Part shown: piece by piece, positions 39,684 to 51,665 of the stretch
How the letters are laid out: every line of letters begins with the position of its first letter
Position numbering within the stretch: the first letter of the stretch is position 1
Assembly (NCBI GenBank): GCA_963666315.2
Contig: CAXXHG010000010.1
Coordinates: 1 to 64,000, forward strand
Reading direction: 5' to 3'
DNA: 64,000 nt
Source: Candidatus Binatia bacterium
Lineage (GTDB): Bacteria > Desulfobacterota > Binatia > Bin18
Made by a program: the position numbers and the translations under genes
Notes under the pieces: generated by a model
Seen by the model: only the letters and a program-made list of their open reading frames with translations
Told to the model about the DNA's origin: nothing
Databases searched by the model: none

Positions 39684-41732
39684 ATGATGATCACACGATG
39701 GAGTACATATATTACAGCCCGGTTACACACCAGCCAGCAGGGGGTCACGATAGTATTGGCCTGTGGAGTTGGTTTGCTCGTCGGTGTTGCGGCTATTGCC
39801 TTTCACGAACTCCTGCATCTCGTACAGTGGCTCGCCCTGGGCAGTCACTCCCCTCTCAGCGTACTCCCTGACCTCGCCTGGTATTGGAAGCTCGGCCTGC
39901 CTACACTCGGCGGGCTGCTGATCGCTCCTCTTGTCTACCGCTGGGCAGTTGAGGCCAGAGGCCACGGCGTCCCGGAGGTGATGGAGGCCGTTGCCCTCCG
40001 AGGGGGGATCATACGGGCACGCGTTGCCTTGGCAAAAGCGCTTGCGTCAGCGATCACGATTGGCACGGGGGGGTCAACAGGTCGGGAAGGCCCGGTCATT
40101 CAAATCGGTTCCGCCTTAGGCTCAGCGTGTGGACAAGCATTACACCTGTCTCCGGAGCGCATCCGTACCTTGGTTGGCTGCGGCGCAGCGGGGGGTATTG
40201 CAGCAACGTTTAATGCGCCTATTGCCGGGGCGTTCTTTGCCCTCGAGGTTATTCTTGGCAATTTTTCGATCCCTACCTTCGCGCCTATTGTTCTTTCCTC
40301 GGTGTTAGCAACGGCCGTTTCTCGGGCCTACCTCGGAGACGCGCCGGCCTTCCAAGTACCCGAGTATACATTGGTCCACTATGCAGAGGTGCCGCTATAC
40401 GCCTTGCTTGGTATACTGATGGGACTCGTCGCGGTTGTTTTTACCTGGACGCTGTATAAGAGCGAAGACCTGTTCGATCAGAGCCCTATCCCGCCCCTTG
40501 CCAGAACAGCAGTCGGCGGGCTGTGTATCGGCGGGCTACTGCTGATCGCTCCGGAGGTCTACGGCACCGGCTTTGAAGCCATGGACCAACTCCTGCACGA
40601 GACAACGGAATGGCACCTTTTAGCCCTCCTTTTTTTCCTCAAACTGATCGCAACCTGCATAACGTTAGGTTCAGGTGCATCCGGCGGCATCTTTTCCCCA
40701 TCCCTGTTTCTAGGTCTCGCCGCCGGTGGCCTTTTCGGTCAGATCGTCCATGCTCTCTTTCCTGAGTTCACCGCGACTCCCGCAGCATATGCGATGATCG
40801 GTATGGGCGCGGTCGTGGCTGGGACAACGCATGCGCCTGTGACTACCATTTTAATGTTGTTTGAATTAACTGGAGGCTATCAGATTATCTTGCCGGTTAT
40901 GATTGCCTGTACCTTGAGTACAGTCACAGCGCGTTATCTCTATCCGCATTCGATTTATACCCTCAAGCTCGCGCGGCGTGGCATTTCGCTCACGCTGGGC
41001 CGGGAGGAAACAGTCATGCGCTCCTTTCAGGTCGCCGATGTCATGCAGACCCCGGCCCCCACGCTTGCGGACGATGCCTCATTTCAACAGGTTGTTGCAC
41101 GGGTCTTGAGCTCACAGGACCCGTATTACTATACGGTGGACCCCAATCAACAGCTCACCGGCATGTTGTCTTTGCACGATGTCAAGACGCTCCTCAACGA
41201 AGGCGGACTTGACGGCCTGGTTGTTGCCCGTGATATGGCGCGTCCGGTTCCCATCCTCGTCTACCAGCAGGAAAGCCTCGCCGACTGCTTACGCAAATTT
41301 CGTGAGACGCAGCTCGACTGTTTACCGGTGGTAGAGGCCGAGGCCGATGCGAGGATCATCGGCGTTGTCACCCAAGCCGACCTGCTGGATTTGTACGATC
41401 GAGAAGTCTTACGAAAAGAATTTCTCGGCACCATGCCTGAGGCAACTCCTGGGAGCGGAGGGACGCTAGCCATGCCGGCACAATATACGGTGTTGGCCCT
41501 TGCTGTCCCAGCCGCCTTTGTTGATAAGACACTCCGAGAGCTCGATCTCAGGGTGCGCTACGGGATAACGGTTTTAGCCATCCGCACGGAAACCTCCTCT
41601 GGGTATGAAGATCGTCTTCCGCAGCCGGATCAGCCCCTCCGCTCCGGCGACACCTTGATTCTAGCCGGCCCGCGGGAAGATATTACGCAACTCCAGCAAC
41701 AGCTCCACGAGACAGCCTTACCCTCTCTTTAA
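39684..41732 (+). CDS. ClC chloride channel/H+ antiporter with CBS pair and RCK_C domain
   Basis: GHGVPE, GREGP, GGIFSP, SIY, CBS repeats, C-terminal ELDLRVRYGITVLAIR. Confidence 0.9.
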   Translation: MMITRWSTYITARLHTSQQGVTIVLACGVGLLVGVAAIAFHELLHLVQWLALGSHSPLSVLPDLAWYWKLGLPTLGGLLIAPLVYRWAVEARGHGVPEVMEAVALRGGIIRARVALAKALASAITIGTGGSTGREGPVIQIGSALGSACGQALHLSPERIRTLVGCGAAGGIAATFNAPIAGAFFALEVILGNFSIPTFAPIVLSSVLATAVSRAYLGDAPAFQVPEYTLVHYAEVPLYALLGILMGLVAVVFTWTLYKSEDLFDQSPIPPLARTAVGGLCIGGLLLIAPEVYGTGFEAMDQLLHETTEWHLLALLFFLKLIATCITLGSGASGGIFSPSLFLGLAAGGLFGQIVHALFPEFTATPAAYAMIGMGAVVAGTTHAPVTTILMLFELTGGYQIILPVMIACTLSTVTARYLYPHSIYTLKLARRGISLTLGREETVMRSFQVADVMQTPAPTLADDASFQQVVARVLSSQDPYYYTVDPNQQLTGMLSLHDVKTLLNEGGLDGLVVARDMARPVPILVYQQESLADCLRKFRETQLDCLPVVEAEADARIIGVVTQADLLDLYDREVLRKEFLGTMPEATPGSGGTLAMPAQYTVLALAVPAAFVDKTLRELDLRVRYGITVLAIRTETSSGYEDRLPQPDQPLRSGDTLILAGPREDITQLQQQLHETALPSL

Positions 41733-41748
41733 GCAAGCTATTATTTTC

Positions 41749-44055
41749 CTAAGAACGTGGCTCCCGCCGTCGTGGCGCAGCAGACAGCGGCGTTGTTGCC
41801 ACAATCTGCTTGGCAAAGATTTCGGGGTCTGACGTCGGCAAGGCACACACGTGCTGCTCGCACACATAGGCCGTCACCTTGCCCTTAATCGCAATTTTAG
41901 CCTCAAGCCAGGGGATCACTTTTTGGTGCGCAGTGAGTTGGCTGCCTTGCGTCACTACAGAGACGACCCGATTCGGAATGAAATGCGTCCGGAGTTGCAC
42001 CAGCAGGGGTTCAGCCGTGTCTTGTGGCGACGCTTTCACTATCGCAATCTCTTTGGGTCGGTCTAAGGAAAAGTCGAGCGCGCTGAGCATACGTGGCATA
42101 CGCGTCGGACTCTTCTTCAGCTGTGAGGCGAACGCCCGGAAACACCGCTGAGCAAGTTGGCGATAGTGCTCGTTGGTCGTCAACTCCGCAAGTCGGAGCA
42201 GGTTCTGAACGGCAACCGCATTGCCCGAGGGTTCGGCTCCATCATAGGACGGTTTTTCGCGCGCCAGCAGTGCCTCTGCGTCATCAGCGGTGAGGAAGAA
42301 TCCGCCATGTTGACTATCCCAAAAGTGTTTTTCTAGCACGGCTTGTAAGGCAATCGCCTCTTGGAGCCACGCGAGCTCGAATGTGGCTTCATACAGATCA
42401 AGCAAGCCGGCAATAAAAAACGCGTAATCATCGAGATAGGCGTCTCCGCCTATTGTTGTCTCAAGCGCACTCCGTTGCAGTCGTCCTGCCTGTTTCATAT
42501 GCGTCAGAATGAATGTCGCTGCACCTTTTGCCCGCTCGGCATAGATCGGAGCACCTAAGACCTGTGCCCCTCGGGCAAAGGCCGAGATGGCCAGTCCGTT
42601 CCAAGATACCAATACTTTGGTGTCGGTATGGGGTGGGATACGTTTCTGGCGTGCCTGGTAGAGAATTTTCCGTATCGTCCGGAGTTTCGCCCGCATCTGC
42701 TCAAGGCCGAGGCCTTGGGCTGCAGCCACTGCTGCGAGGGGCTGGGAAACAGAAAAAATATTTGCGCCCTCAAAATTCCCCTGCGCCGTCACACCATAAT
42801 GATGTTGGATCAAGCGCGTCTGCTGAGGATCGAGGAGCGCTTCGAGTTCAGCCCGCGTCCAGACGAAAAATTTGCCTTCTTCGCCTTCGCTGTCCGCGTC
42901 GGTCGCAGAGTAAAATCCGCCCCCTGGAGCACGCATCTCACGGTCAAGATAATCAAGGATCTCACGCGCGACAGAAGCAAAATCCTCTCGTGCAGTGGCC
43001 TGATAGCCTTCCAGATAGGCAACCGTGAGCAGCGCATTATCATACAGCATTTTCTCAAAATGCGGCACCAGCCATTCCCGGTCTGTTGAGTAGCGATGAA
43101 ACCCGCCGCCGACCTGATCATACATGCCCCCGGCGGCCATGCTCTCTAAGGTCTTGACCACCATGTCTTGGACCTTCTGATCATCAACCCGGCGACTATA
43201 GCGGAGGAGAAATTCCAAAGTCACACTGCGCGGAAACTTCGGAACCTTCCCAAAACCGCCGTATTTCGCATCGAAAATTCTGGTAAATGATTCGGCGGCA
43301 TGCTTGAGCACCGCCGCAGTCGGACTGTCTTCAGTCGCGCTCGGAACGACCGCGGTCTCGATTCGCTGGGTCAGATTTTTTGCTATCTCTCCTACACGAT
43401 CCGGATCCTTATGGTAGATCTCCTGCAGACGGGTCAGCAGCGTTAAAAATCCCGCTTTCTGACCACGCATACCGTCGCGGGGCGGGAAATAGGTTCCGCC
43501 ATAAAAGGGCTGGCGGTCCGAGGTCAGCCAAACCGTCATCGGCCATCCACCTCGACCGGTCAACATCTGTACGGCAGTCATATAAATTCCATCTAGGTCG
43601 GGTCGTTGTTCTCGGTCGACTTTCACGACAATATAGTGGCGGTTGAGATACTCAGCGATAGACAGGTCTTCAAAAGACTCCTTCTCCATGACGTGGCACC
43701 AGTGACAGGTGGAATAGCCTATGGACAGCAGGACGGGTTTATTTTCCTGTTTGGCTCGCGCAAAGGCTGCATCTCCCCACGAATGCCAATTCACTGGATT
43801 ATGCGCATGCTGAAGGAGATACGGGCTCGGTTCGAGGATGAGTCGATTGGTATAATGCGGACTGCCATCTTCAAAAAGGTGGTGGGTCCGCGGCGTATAC
43901 GTTTTGCCCTTTGCTGCAAGCGCCTCTTCCAGCTGCTGCTGCACTGCCGCCGGGAATGGTTCAGTCCCAGGCAATATTTTTGGTGCCGTTGCTGCCAGGG
44001 CACTGCTCAAGAGCATAAGACTACCCAAGAGAGTCCCACAATATTTGACGAACAT
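41749..44055 (-). CDS. Thioredoxin-domain protein YyaL/SSP411 (DUF255) with signal-peptide-like N-terminus
   Basis: [35 protein letters not shown]. Confidence 0.92.
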   Translation of the reverse strand: MFVKYCGTLLGSLMLLSSALAATAPKILPGTEPFPAAVQQQLEEALAAKGKTYTPRTHHLFEDGSPHYTNRLILEPSPYLLQHAHNPVNWHSWGDAAFARAKQENKPVLLSIGYSTCHWCHVMEKESFEDLSIAEYLNRHYIVVKVDREQRPDLDGIYMTAVQMLTGRGGWPMTVWLTSDRQPFYGGTYFPPRDGMRGQKAGFLTLLTRLQEIYHKDPDRVGEIAKNLTQRIETAVVPSATEDSPTAAVLKHAAESFTRIFDAKYGGFGKVPKFPRSVTLEFLLRYSRRVDDQKVQDMVVKTLESMAAGGMYDQVGGGFHRYSTDREWLVPHFEKMLYDNALLTVAYLEGYQATAREDFASVAREILDYLDREMRAPGGGFYSATDADSEGEEGKFFVWTRAELEALLDPQQTRLIQHHYGVTAQGNFEGANIFSVSQPLAAVAAAQGLGLEQMRAKLRTIRKILYQARQKRIPPHTDTKVLVSWNGLAISAFARGAQVLGAPIYAERAKGAATFILTHMKQAGRLQRSALETTIGGDAYLDDYAFFIAGLLDLYEATFELAWLQEAIALQAVLEKHFWDSQHGGFFLTADDAEALLAREKPSYDGAEPSGNAVAVQNLLRLAELTTNEHYRQLAQRCFRAFASQLKKSPTRMPRMLSALDFSLDRPKEIAIVKASPQDTAEPLLVQLRTHFIPNRVVSVVTQGSQLTAHQKVIPWLEAKIAIKGKVTAYVCEQHVCALPTSDPEIFAKQIVATTPLSAAPRRREPRS

Positions 44056-44213
44056 ATAGCCTCCCTCTCTCAACACTTTTCTCAGCTTGTCACGGGTCAC
44101 GACAGAGTAGACGGACAAAACGCGAGCCATCTCAGCACCGAATCCATTCCCAAATGTATTCCGTCCGGCATGAGCAGAAAAGAACACATGCATTTTGCCG
44201 ATAACCTCAACCG

Positions 44214-45158
44214 ATGGACTATACTATAAGTAATGGCGAGCTCGGTATCGCGTCCAAGAGGAGTTCTCCGGCTATGATACGCTCCAACCGGGCTATGACG
44301 CACGTAATGAGTCCGCGTTCCGGTTCCAACGTGTCCCGTACGCTGGAGCCAGCTACTCACTCGGTAGGTCACTCCCCCCTCGTTCCGAAGAAGTGTGTTC
44401 GCAGGAAACCGCTCCTCTCCATCATTATCCCCGTCTATAATGAGGTAGACACAATCTGTGAAATCCTCAAGCGGGTTGCCCAAACGCCCTTCCCCAAAGA
44501 GGTCCTTGTCGTCGACGATGGTTCTACGGACGGTACCCGGGAGTTCCTCCAGGAGCTCCTGGATATCGAGCCGCTCCTTGATGGGAAAAGCCTGTTAGCG
44601 CCCTGTCAAGTGACGCCGCTGTTCCATGCCGACAACCAAGGTAAAGGGCAAGCCATCAGAACCGCGCTGAGTAAGGCCACGGGATCTTTCATTCTAATCC
44701 AAGATGCCGATCTCGAATACGACCCCTCGGACTATCCGCAGCTGCTCACGCCATTACTGACCGGACAAGCGGACGTGGTCTATGGTTCTCGTTTTTTACA
44801 CCCGCCTTCCAGCTCTGGGCCCTTCTGGCTCTCCTGGCATACGGCGATCAATAAAGCGCTCACTGCACTCTCCAATACTTGTACCCAACTCCAGCTCACG
44901 GATATGGAGACGTGCTATAAGGTCTTTCGAGCCCAGGTATTGCAGGGCATCACTCTGCGTTCAAAACGGTTTGGGTTCGAGCCTGAAATCACAGCCAAAA
45001 TTGCACGTCGTGGCGCGCGGGTGTGCGAGGTGCCTATTTCATACACCCCACGGACATACACGCAAGGCAAGAAGATAGGGTGGCACAACGGCTTGGCCGC
45101 GCTGTGGACTATTCTCCGTTGCAATTTTTTTGAGACTGATGATGTCGTCGAGATGTAA
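44214..45158 (+). CDS. Glycosyltransferase family 2 (DPM1-like); start uncertain
   Basis: [40 protein letters not shown]. Confidence 0.88.
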   Translation: MDYTISNGELGIASKRSSPAMIRSNRAMTHVMSPRSGSNVSRTLEPATHSVGHSPLVPKKCVRRKPLLSIIIPVYNEVDTICEILKRVAQTPFPKEVLVVDDGSTDGTREFLQELLDIEPLLDGKSLLAPCQVTPLFHADNQGKGQAIRTALSKATGSFILIQDADLEYDPSDYPQLLTPLLTGQADVVYGSRFLHPPSSSGPFWLSWHTAINKALTALSNTCTQLQLTDMETCYKVFRAQVLQGITLRSKRFGFEPEITAKIARRGARVCEVPISYTPRTYTQGKKIGWHNGLAALWTILRCNFFETDDVVEM

Positions 45159-45237
45159 CCTGCGACCGTGCCGACCATGTCTCCAACGATGTCCTCCCGC
45201 TCACCGCCGAACTCCATACGGCTGGATTGCGCAGCGC

Positions 45238-46629
45238 TTATTCCAGCCCCTGAGTGGCTGTTTCAGCCTCTCTTTTTTGACTTTTGGCGCCGGCGTTCTT
45301 GACTTCCCCCGCCTGGACGCACTTCCGAAAAATCCGGTGCCAGTTCGCGACCGTACGGAACTGCTGCACATAGGATTCCAGGCCCAACAGTGCCCGCACA
45401 AGAAACAGCCGATGGCCTGGCACCTTAAAAATACGGTGCTGCACACTGATATTAGTCACCTCTACGGCTTTATCCACAGAATGGAAATCTCGCGGGTCGT
45501 ACTCGCGGTCCTCCAGCACCGGTTCAAATACGAGATACATAATGCGAACGAGCGGCGCAGGATCATCGCCCGGATCCAGATAGCCGAGTTGGAGAAAACA
45601 ACGGGCCATGGTTTTTTCATCACGATCTAAAACCGCTTGCGCCAGCCTGCGGTAGCCTTCTCTGATATCGTCGGGAAAGAAGCGTACGCTACCGAAATCC
45701 AACATGGCGATCTTGGGATGGTACGTGATGAGATAATTGCCTGGATGCGGATCGGTGTGAAGCGCACCGAAGGAACAGATCTGCCGCCAGGTGATCTCAA
45801 AGTATTTGATTGCCACCCAATCTTTGAGTTCACGATCAACACCGGGAGATAAAATGTCCTGTAGTTTGTAGCCGTCGATGAACTCCAGCGTTAACACCCG
45901 CCGTGAGGAAAAATCCGGATAGACCTGGGGGATAATCACCTCGTCATCTGCGGCAAAAAGTCGCTGAAAGATGGCGATATTCTCTGCTTCATTGACATAA
46001 TCGACCTCTTCCTGGAGTCGCTCCTCCGTCTCTTGGTAAATCTCTGTTGCATCAAAATTCTGGCGCAGGACATCCCGTAAAATGAGCGTAAAAACTTGGA
46101 GTAAGGCTTTGAAGTTTTTGAGATCCTGGCCCACAGTGGCAGCCACGCCGGGATACTGGACCTTGACCACGACTTCTTCTCCGCTTTTGAGTTGAGCACG
46201 GTGCACTTGGCCAAGCGAGGCAGCTGCAAACGCCTTTTTCTCAAAAGACTTGAACAGGCGTTCCGGATCTTGACCAAGCTCGTTCTGCACCTGGGTTCGG
46301 ATGAGGTCGTAATCCATGGGGGGAACCGAGGACTGGACGACAGACAGGATGTCCAGCACCTCAGTCGGGAAGAGGTCGCTACGCATGCTGAGCATCTGAA
46401 TGAGCTTCATGAACGCACCACGAAGCTCGCGTGAGCTTTCCACAATGCGCAGCGCATTCTTGAGATGCAGATCCAGCCGCTCCTGCTCTTTGTCTGCGCC
46501 AAACTGAAACGGCTGCTTGAGCGCTTGCCAGGCGTAGCTGCCGCCTATAGACGTGGCGAGTGAGCCAAGCTGAAGGGCGCGTTTCCCCCGGCCTTGGGTC
46601 AGTTCGTTAGAAGATTTTTTGGGAGGCAT
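45238..46629 (-). CDS. ABC1/UbiB-family atypical kinase
   Basis: AAASLGQVH, VKVQYPG, DPHPGN, DFG. Confidence 0.9.
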   Translation of the reverse strand: MPPKKSSNELTQGRGKRALQLGSLATSIGGSYAWQALKQPFQFGADKEQERLDLHLKNALRIVESSRELRGAFMKLIQMLSMRSDLFPTEVLDILSVVQSSVPPMDYDLIRTQVQNELGQDPERLFKSFEKKAFAAASLGQVHRAQLKSGEEVVVKVQYPGVAATVGQDLKNFKALLQVFTLILRDVLRQNFDATEIYQETEERLQEEVDYVNEAENIAIFQRLFAADDEVIIPQVYPDFSSRRVLTLEFIDGYKLQDILSPGVDRELKDWVAIKYFEITWRQICSFGALHTDPHPGNYLITYHPKIAMLDFGSVRFFPDDIREGYRRLAQAVLDRDEKTMARCFLQLGYLDPGDDPAPLVRIMYLVFEPVLEDREYDPRDFHSVDKAVEVTNISVQHRIFKVPGHRLFLVRALLGLESYVQQFRTVANWHRIFRKCVQAGEVKNAGAKSQKREAETATQGLE

Positions 46630-46654
46630 AAGGAAAGGGGGACAGGCTGCACTC

Positions 46655-47416
46655 TCACGCAGCGCGTGCGCTGAGTCGAGTCATCAAGGTCGCTGCGGCT
46701 GCAGCACCAAAGCCGTTATCAATGTTGACGACGGTCACGCCGGCAGCACAGGAGTTGAGCATGGCCAGCAGCGCGGCAACGCCGCCAAAGCTCGCCCCAT
46801 AACCAATACTCGTCGGGACAGCGATGATCGGCCGGTCGACGAGTCCACCGATCACACTCGGCAGGGCACCTTCCATACCGGCGACAACAATTAAGACCGA
46901 CGCGGTCATAAGTTGGTCCAGACTATCGAGCAGGCGATGGATTCCAGCGACACCAACATCATACAGGCGTTCGACCCGATTCCCGAGCCATTCTGCTGAG
47001 ATCACGGCCTCTTCGGCAACAGGAATGTCCGCTGTGCCAGCCGAGATCACCAGGATAGGCGTCCGCGTGTGTGGGACAGGGGGCTCGCCCAGCGCTCCGA
47101 TCCGTCCCTCGGGGTAATAGCGCAATGTGGGCAAAACAACTTGCACCTCTCGTGCCGTTGATTCATCTAAACGCGTAATCAGAGCCTGCTGCCCGTTCTC
47201 AACCAGACGGCTTGCAATAGTACTGATGTGCTGGCTTGTTTTGCCTAGACCCAAGATGACTTCGGGGAAGCCTTTACGAATCGAACGATGATGGTCGATA
47301 CGGGCGAAGCCCAAGTCCTCAAAGGGGAACACCTTAAGCGCCTCGAGAGCACGGTCGATCTGCAGCTCCCCCTTTTGGACCTGGGAGAGGATTTCAGTAA
47401 GACGATCACGCGTCAT
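46655..47416 (-). CDS. larB: Nickel-pincer cofactor biosynthesis protein LarB
   Basis: AGTADIPVAEE, DVGVAGIHRL, AGMEGALPS, PTSIGYG, VNIDNGFGA. Confidence 0.9.
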   Translation of the reverse strand: MTRDRLTEILSQVQKGELQIDRALEALKVFPFEDLGFARIDHHRSIRKGFPEVILGLGKTSQHISTIASRLVENGQQALITRLDESTAREVQVVLPTLRYYPEGRIGALGEPPVPHTRTPILVISAGTADIPVAEEAVISAEWLGNRVERLYDVGVAGIHRLLDSLDQLMTASVLIVVAGMEGALPSVIGGLVDRPIIAVPTSIGYGASFGGVAALLAMLNSCAAGVTVVNIDNGFGAAAAATLMTRLSARAA

Positions 47417-48411
47417 GACAGCTTCCGAGAAAAGTGGTCAAACCCCGTAAATTCCGCTGCAGGGCGCATGCCGTCAGCCAGCTTGACCCTGACCCCTGCC
47501 GCGTGTGGCGTCAGAGCACCGATACGTGTAATAGGGCAACCACTCTGTGCTGCCACTTCCGAAATTTCCGGGCGGACAGCCACGGGCGCGCTCAATAACA
47601 GTTCGTAGTCTTCGCCACCCGTCAACGCCAGCTGCCAGTCATCTGCCCCAAGCAGGCTTCGATAGCCGTTCGAGAGCGGGAGGGCGGCAGCTTCAATAAC
47701 AGCCCCCACCCCGCTTGCCGCACACAGATGTCCAAGGTCTTGGAGCAGTCCGTCGCTGACGTCTATCATGGCGGTTGCCAGGTGCCGGGCCGCAATTTCT
47801 CGTCCCAGACCAACACGCGCGGTCGGACACAAGAAGCGCTGTTTCACCTGTTGGATCGCGACATCCTCAAGGCTGCCTGCTTTTTCCTCCCGCAGCAGTC
47901 GCAGACCCAGCGCAGCATCACCGACTGTTCCGGTCACATACACATCATCGCCAACGCGTGCTCCAGAACGGGTGATCGGGTCATACAGGGTGCGCCCCAG
48001 GAGAGACACAGAGATCATGAAAACAGGAGCGGCACTCATATTTCCACCAACGAGCGCGGTCGTATGGGCACCCGCAGCATCTAGGAAGCCGTCAAAGAAT
48101 GCGTCCAGGTCCGCGACTGCATAGTCCTGAGGGACCCCCAGACTCAACAGGGCAAATGTCGGCTCGCCGCCCATGGCGGCGACATCGCTCGCATTGACCG
48201 CAAAGGCCTTCTCTCCTAATACTGAAAAAGGCGTCCACTCGCAGCGAAAATGGACGCCTTCTATCATCGCATCAGTTGTCAACACCGTTATCCCGGACAG
48301 CGAGAGCGCCGCGCAGTCGTCTCCGACCCCGAGCCGGACTCGTGGATCGTCAGGCAACCGATCACGCAATCGGCGCAGAAATGGGAACTCGCCGAGATCC
48401 CGAATCTTCAT
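47413..48411 (-). CDS. thiL: Thiamine-monophosphate kinase
   Basis: GEF, GDDCA, NASDVAAMGG, DVSDGL, GGEDYEL. Confidence 0.93.
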   Translation of the reverse strand: MKIRDLGEFPFLRRLRDRLPDDPRVRLGVGDDCAALSLSGITVLTTDAMIEGVHFRCEWTPFSVLGEKAFAVNASDVAAMGGEPTFALLSLGVPQDYAVADLDAFFDGFLDAAGAHTTALVGGNMSAAPVFMISVSLLGRTLYDPITRSGARVGDDVYVTGTVGDAALGLRLLREEKAGSLEDVAIQQVKQRFLCPTARVGLGREIAARHLATAMIDVSDGLLQDLGHLCAASGVGAVIEAAALPLSNGYRSLLGADDWQLALTGGEDYELLLSAPVAVRPEISEVAAQSGCPITRIGALTPHAAGVRVKLADGMRPAAEFTGFDHFSRKLS

Positions 48412-48417
48412 ACTCGT

Positions 48418-49530
48418 TTAGCCAAAAATTTCTTTTACTTTATCAAAAAAGCTCTTAGAAATCGGATGGGCACCCCCGCCATCGAGACGCGCAAACTCTT
48501 CGAGCAGTTCCCGCTGTTTGTGACCCAGTTTCATCGGAGTTTCAACCACAACGCGTACCAATTGGTCGCCCCTCCCGCCACCGTGCAGATCGACGACCCC
48601 TTTGCCACGCAACCGAAAGACTCTGCCCGACTGCGTGCCGGCGGGCACTTTCATTTTTATCTTGCCTTCAAGCGTCGGAACTTCGATATCCCCGCCCAGG
48701 GCTGCTTGTGGAAAGCTAATCGGCATCTCACACACCACGGCGTTATTCTGCCGTTCGAAAAGCGGATGCGCGCGCACCTTGATGGTGACATACAAATCCC
48801 CAGGGATACCTCCTGCCGGACCGGCTTCCCCTTCCCTACGCAGCTTAAGTCGAGAATCCGAGTCTACTCCACCCGGAATCTTGATCTGTAAATTTGATGT
48901 TTTTCTGACCGCTCCAGACCCCCGGCACGCTGCACACGGATCCGTGATCACAGCGCCCTGGCCACCACACTGGTTACACGTTCGAGCTATGGTGAAAAAA
49001 CCTTGCTGGAAACGGACCTGCCCGCTACCACGACAGGTGCCGCACGTTCTCGGCCTTGTGCCGGCCTTTGCCCCACTCCCTTGACAGGCTCCGCACGTCG
49101 CCATACGTGGAATGGATACCGTTTTTTCCGTTCCAAAGGCTGCCTCTTCAAAAGAAATGTCCAGGCTATAGCTCAGATCTTCCCCACGCTGCTGACGTCC
49201 ACCCCGGCTTCCGCCGCCGAAAAAGTCACCAAAAATATCGCCAAAAATATCCTCGAAATTCGTGGAAGACCCGAATCCTCCACCAAATCCGGCTCCACCC
49301 TGTTCAAATGCGGCATGTCCAAAGCGATCATATTGGGCCCGTTTCTCCTGGTCGCTGAGGATCTGGTAGGCTTCAGCGAGTTCTTTGAATTTCTCCTCAG
49401 CAGCTTTGTCCCCAGGGTTACGGTCGGGATGATACAGCAGGGCCGCCTTACGGTAGGCCTTTTTAAGATCGTCGTCTCCAACGTCCCGACCAACGCCCAG
49501 CAGTTCGTAATAATCTGCTTTGCTCGCCAT
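48418..49530 (-). CDS. dnaJ: Chaperone DnaJ
   Basis: HPD J-domain, G/F region, four CxxCxGxG repeats. Confidence 0.97.
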   Translation of the reverse strand: MASKADYYELLGVGRDVGDDDLKKAYRKAALLYHPDRNPGDKAAEEKFKELAEAYQILSDQEKRAQYDRFGHAAFEQGGAGFGGGFGSSTNFEDIFGDIFGDFFGGGSRGGRQQRGEDLSYSLDISFEEAAFGTEKTVSIPRMATCGACQGSGAKAGTRPRTCGTCRGSGQVRFQQGFFTIARTCNQCGGQGAVITDPCAACRGSGAVRKTSNLQIKIPGGVDSDSRLKLRREGEAGPAGGIPGDLYVTIKVRAHPLFERQNNAVVCEMPISFPQAALGGDIEVPTLEGKIKMKVPAGTQSGRVFRLRGKGVVDLHGGGRGDQLVRVVVETPMKLGHKQRELLEEFARLDGGGAHPISKSFFDKVKEIFG

Positions 49531-49565
49531 ACCTGCCCCTATCCCTCAACAATAACAATAACAAT

Positions 49566-49604
49566 AAAAACCCCCACTCTTCCAACTGTAGGAGAAGTGG
49601 GGGT
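49566..49604 (-). terminator. Terminator-like hairpin between dnaK and dnaJ
   Basis: ACCCCCACTT..AGTGGGGG stem followed by TTTTT, then (ATTGTT)x3. Confidence 0.65.
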
Positions 49605-49639
49605 CCTAAGAGCTTGACTCAACGTCTACTTGTCAACGT

Positions 49640-51574
49640 CTACTTAACTTCCTCGAAGTCGGCATCAACAACGTCGTCCTTCTCTTTTGCCTGTCCGCTC
49701 TCCGCTCCGTTTCCGGCTTGCGCTCCGTCAGCCCCGGTCTGTGCACCCGGCGTGTTAGCCTGCTCTTGCGCAGCTTTCGCGTACATGGCTTCGGCCAGCT
49801 TATGAGACTCCGTAGTCAGCTCTTCGGTCGCGGCTTTCATTGCCTCGGTGTCGTCCCCTTCCCGAGCTTTTTTAGCTTTCTCTAACGCAGACTCGATATT
49901 GCGCACCGTTTCTGCATCCACTTCATCCTTATGGTCAGCAAGCGACTTCTCTGTCGAGTAGACCAAAGAATCCAATTGGTTATGCGCCTCAATACGTTCC
50001 TTTTTCTCCTTGTCTTCTTCGGCGTGGGACTCGGCATCCTGGACCATATTCTGGATTTCCGCCTCAGACAGTCCACTAGAGGTCGTAATCTGAATGGATT
50101 GTTCTTTCCCCGTACCGAGATCCTTGGCATTGACGTGAACAATCCCGTTGGCATCAATGTCAAAGGTGACCTCGATCTGTGGAATGCCACGCGCAGCAGG
50201 CGGAATACCCACGAGATCAAACTGGCCCAACAGTTTATTGTCTGTGGCCATTTCCCGTTCACCTTGATGTACCCGAATAGTCACCGCGGTTTGACTATCA
50301 GCAGCGGTTGAAAAGACCTGATTCTTCTTGGTCGGGATTGTGATGTTCTTGTCGATTAGTCGAGTAAACACCCCACCCAGCGTCTCAATGCCCAAAGATA
50401 GGGGGGTGACATCTAGAAGTAACACGTCTTTGACGTCACCAGTCAGCACTGCGCCCTGGATGGCCGCGCCTATGGCAACCACCTCATCCGGGTTGACACC
50501 CTTATGGGGCTCTTTACCAAAAATCTTGGCGACTCGCTCTTGGACGGCAGGCATCCGTGTCATCCCGCCGACCAAGACAATTTCATCGATCTGTTGTAGG
50601 GACAGTCCTGCATCCTTGAGGGCCGTCGAGCATGGGGAATCGAGACGGTCGAGCAGATCCGTACACAAGGCTTCCAGTTTGGCTCGGGTGAGCTTCATGG
50701 TCAAATGTTTCGGCCCACTCTGATCCGCAGTAATAAAGGGGAGATTGATTTCCGTCTCCATCGAGGACGACAGTTCGCACTTTGCCTTCTCGCCCGCTTC
50801 TCTCAGACGCTGCAGGGCCATCCGGTCTGTACGTAGATCCACACCTTGGTCCTTTTTAAACTCATCGGCAAGATAATCGATAATCCGCTGATCGAAATCA
50901 TCACCGCCGAGAAAGGTGTCGCCATGCGTCGCCTTGACCTCAAACACCCCGTCTCCGACCTCAAGGACAGAGATGTCAAAAGTGCCGCCTCCAAGGTCAA
51001 ATACGACGATCTTCTCGTCCTTCTTTTTATCGAGTCCATAGGCCAGCGAGGCCGCAGTCGGCTCATTAATAATCCGCAGCACATTGAGCCCGGCAATACG
51101 GCCGGCGTCCTTTGTCGCCTGCCGCTGTGAGTCGTTGAAATAGGCAGGAACAGTCACTACCGCGTCAGAGACGGACTCACCAAGATAATCCTCAGCCGTT
51201 TGCTTCATCTTTTGCAGCGTAAATGCTGAAATTTCAGGGGGGCTATACTGTTTGCCGCGGCTTTCGACCCAGGCGTCGCCATTCTCGGATTTGATCACTT
51301 TGTAGGGTAACAGCTGATGGGCCTTTTCCACTTCAGCATCCTCGAAGCGATGGCCGATCAGCCGTTTGATTGAAAAAATCGTATTTTCCGGATTGGTGAC
51401 AGCTTGCCGTCTGGCAATCTGACCAACCAACCGTTCTCCACTATCGGCAAAAGCCACAATAGAGGGAGTCGTGCGGTTCCCCTCCGCATTCGTAATGACT
51501 GTAGGCTCGCCGCCTTCCATGACCGCGACAACGGAGTTGGTTGTTCCCAGATCAATCCCAATTACCTTTCCCAT
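49640..51574 (-). CDS. dnaK: Chaperone DnaK
   Basis: [27 protein letters not shown] end. Confidence 0.98.
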   Translation of the reverse strand: MGKVIGIDLGTTNSVVAVMEGGEPTVITNAEGNRTTPSIVAFADSGERLVGQIARRQAVTNPENTIFSIKRLIGHRFEDAEVEKAHQLLPYKVIKSENGDAWVESRGKQYSPPEISAFTLQKMKQTAEDYLGESVSDAVVTVPAYFNDSQRQATKDAGRIAGLNVLRIINEPTAASLAYGLDKKKDEKIVVFDLGGGTFDISVLEVGDGVFEVKATHGDTFLGGDDFDQRIIDYLADEFKKDQGVDLRTDRMALQRLREAGEKAKCELSSSMETEINLPFITADQSGPKHLTMKLTRAKLEALCTDLLDRLDSPCSTALKDAGLSLQQIDEIVLVGGMTRMPAVQERVAKIFGKEPHKGVNPDEVVAIGAAIQGAVLTGDVKDVLLLDVTPLSLGIETLGGVFTRLIDKNITIPTKKNQVFSTAADSQTAVTIRVHQGEREMATDNKLLGQFDLVGIPPAARGIPQIEVTFDIDANGIVHVNAKDLGTGKEQSIQITTSSGLSEAEIQNMVQDAESHAEEDKEKKERIEAHNQLDSLVYSTEKSLADHKDEVDAETVRNIESALEKAKKAREGDDTEAMKAATEELTTESHKLAEAMYAKAAQEQANTPGAQTGADGAQAGNGAESGQAKEKDDVVDADFEEVK

Positions 51575-51665
51575 ACCGTTCTCCTTCATGTCGGACGCCG
51601 CAGCTCCCGACTCCTAGCATAAAGCACTAGTTAATCATCACCCAAGCCGTTGGCAACCATTACGA

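Noticed and set aside
49613-49645. CTTGACTC...GTCAA inverted repeat and CAACGTCTACTT direct repeat as an HspR HAIR operator
   Set aside because: Spacing does not fit CTTGAGT-N7-ACTCAAG. It is more simply a short duplication of the dnaK end.
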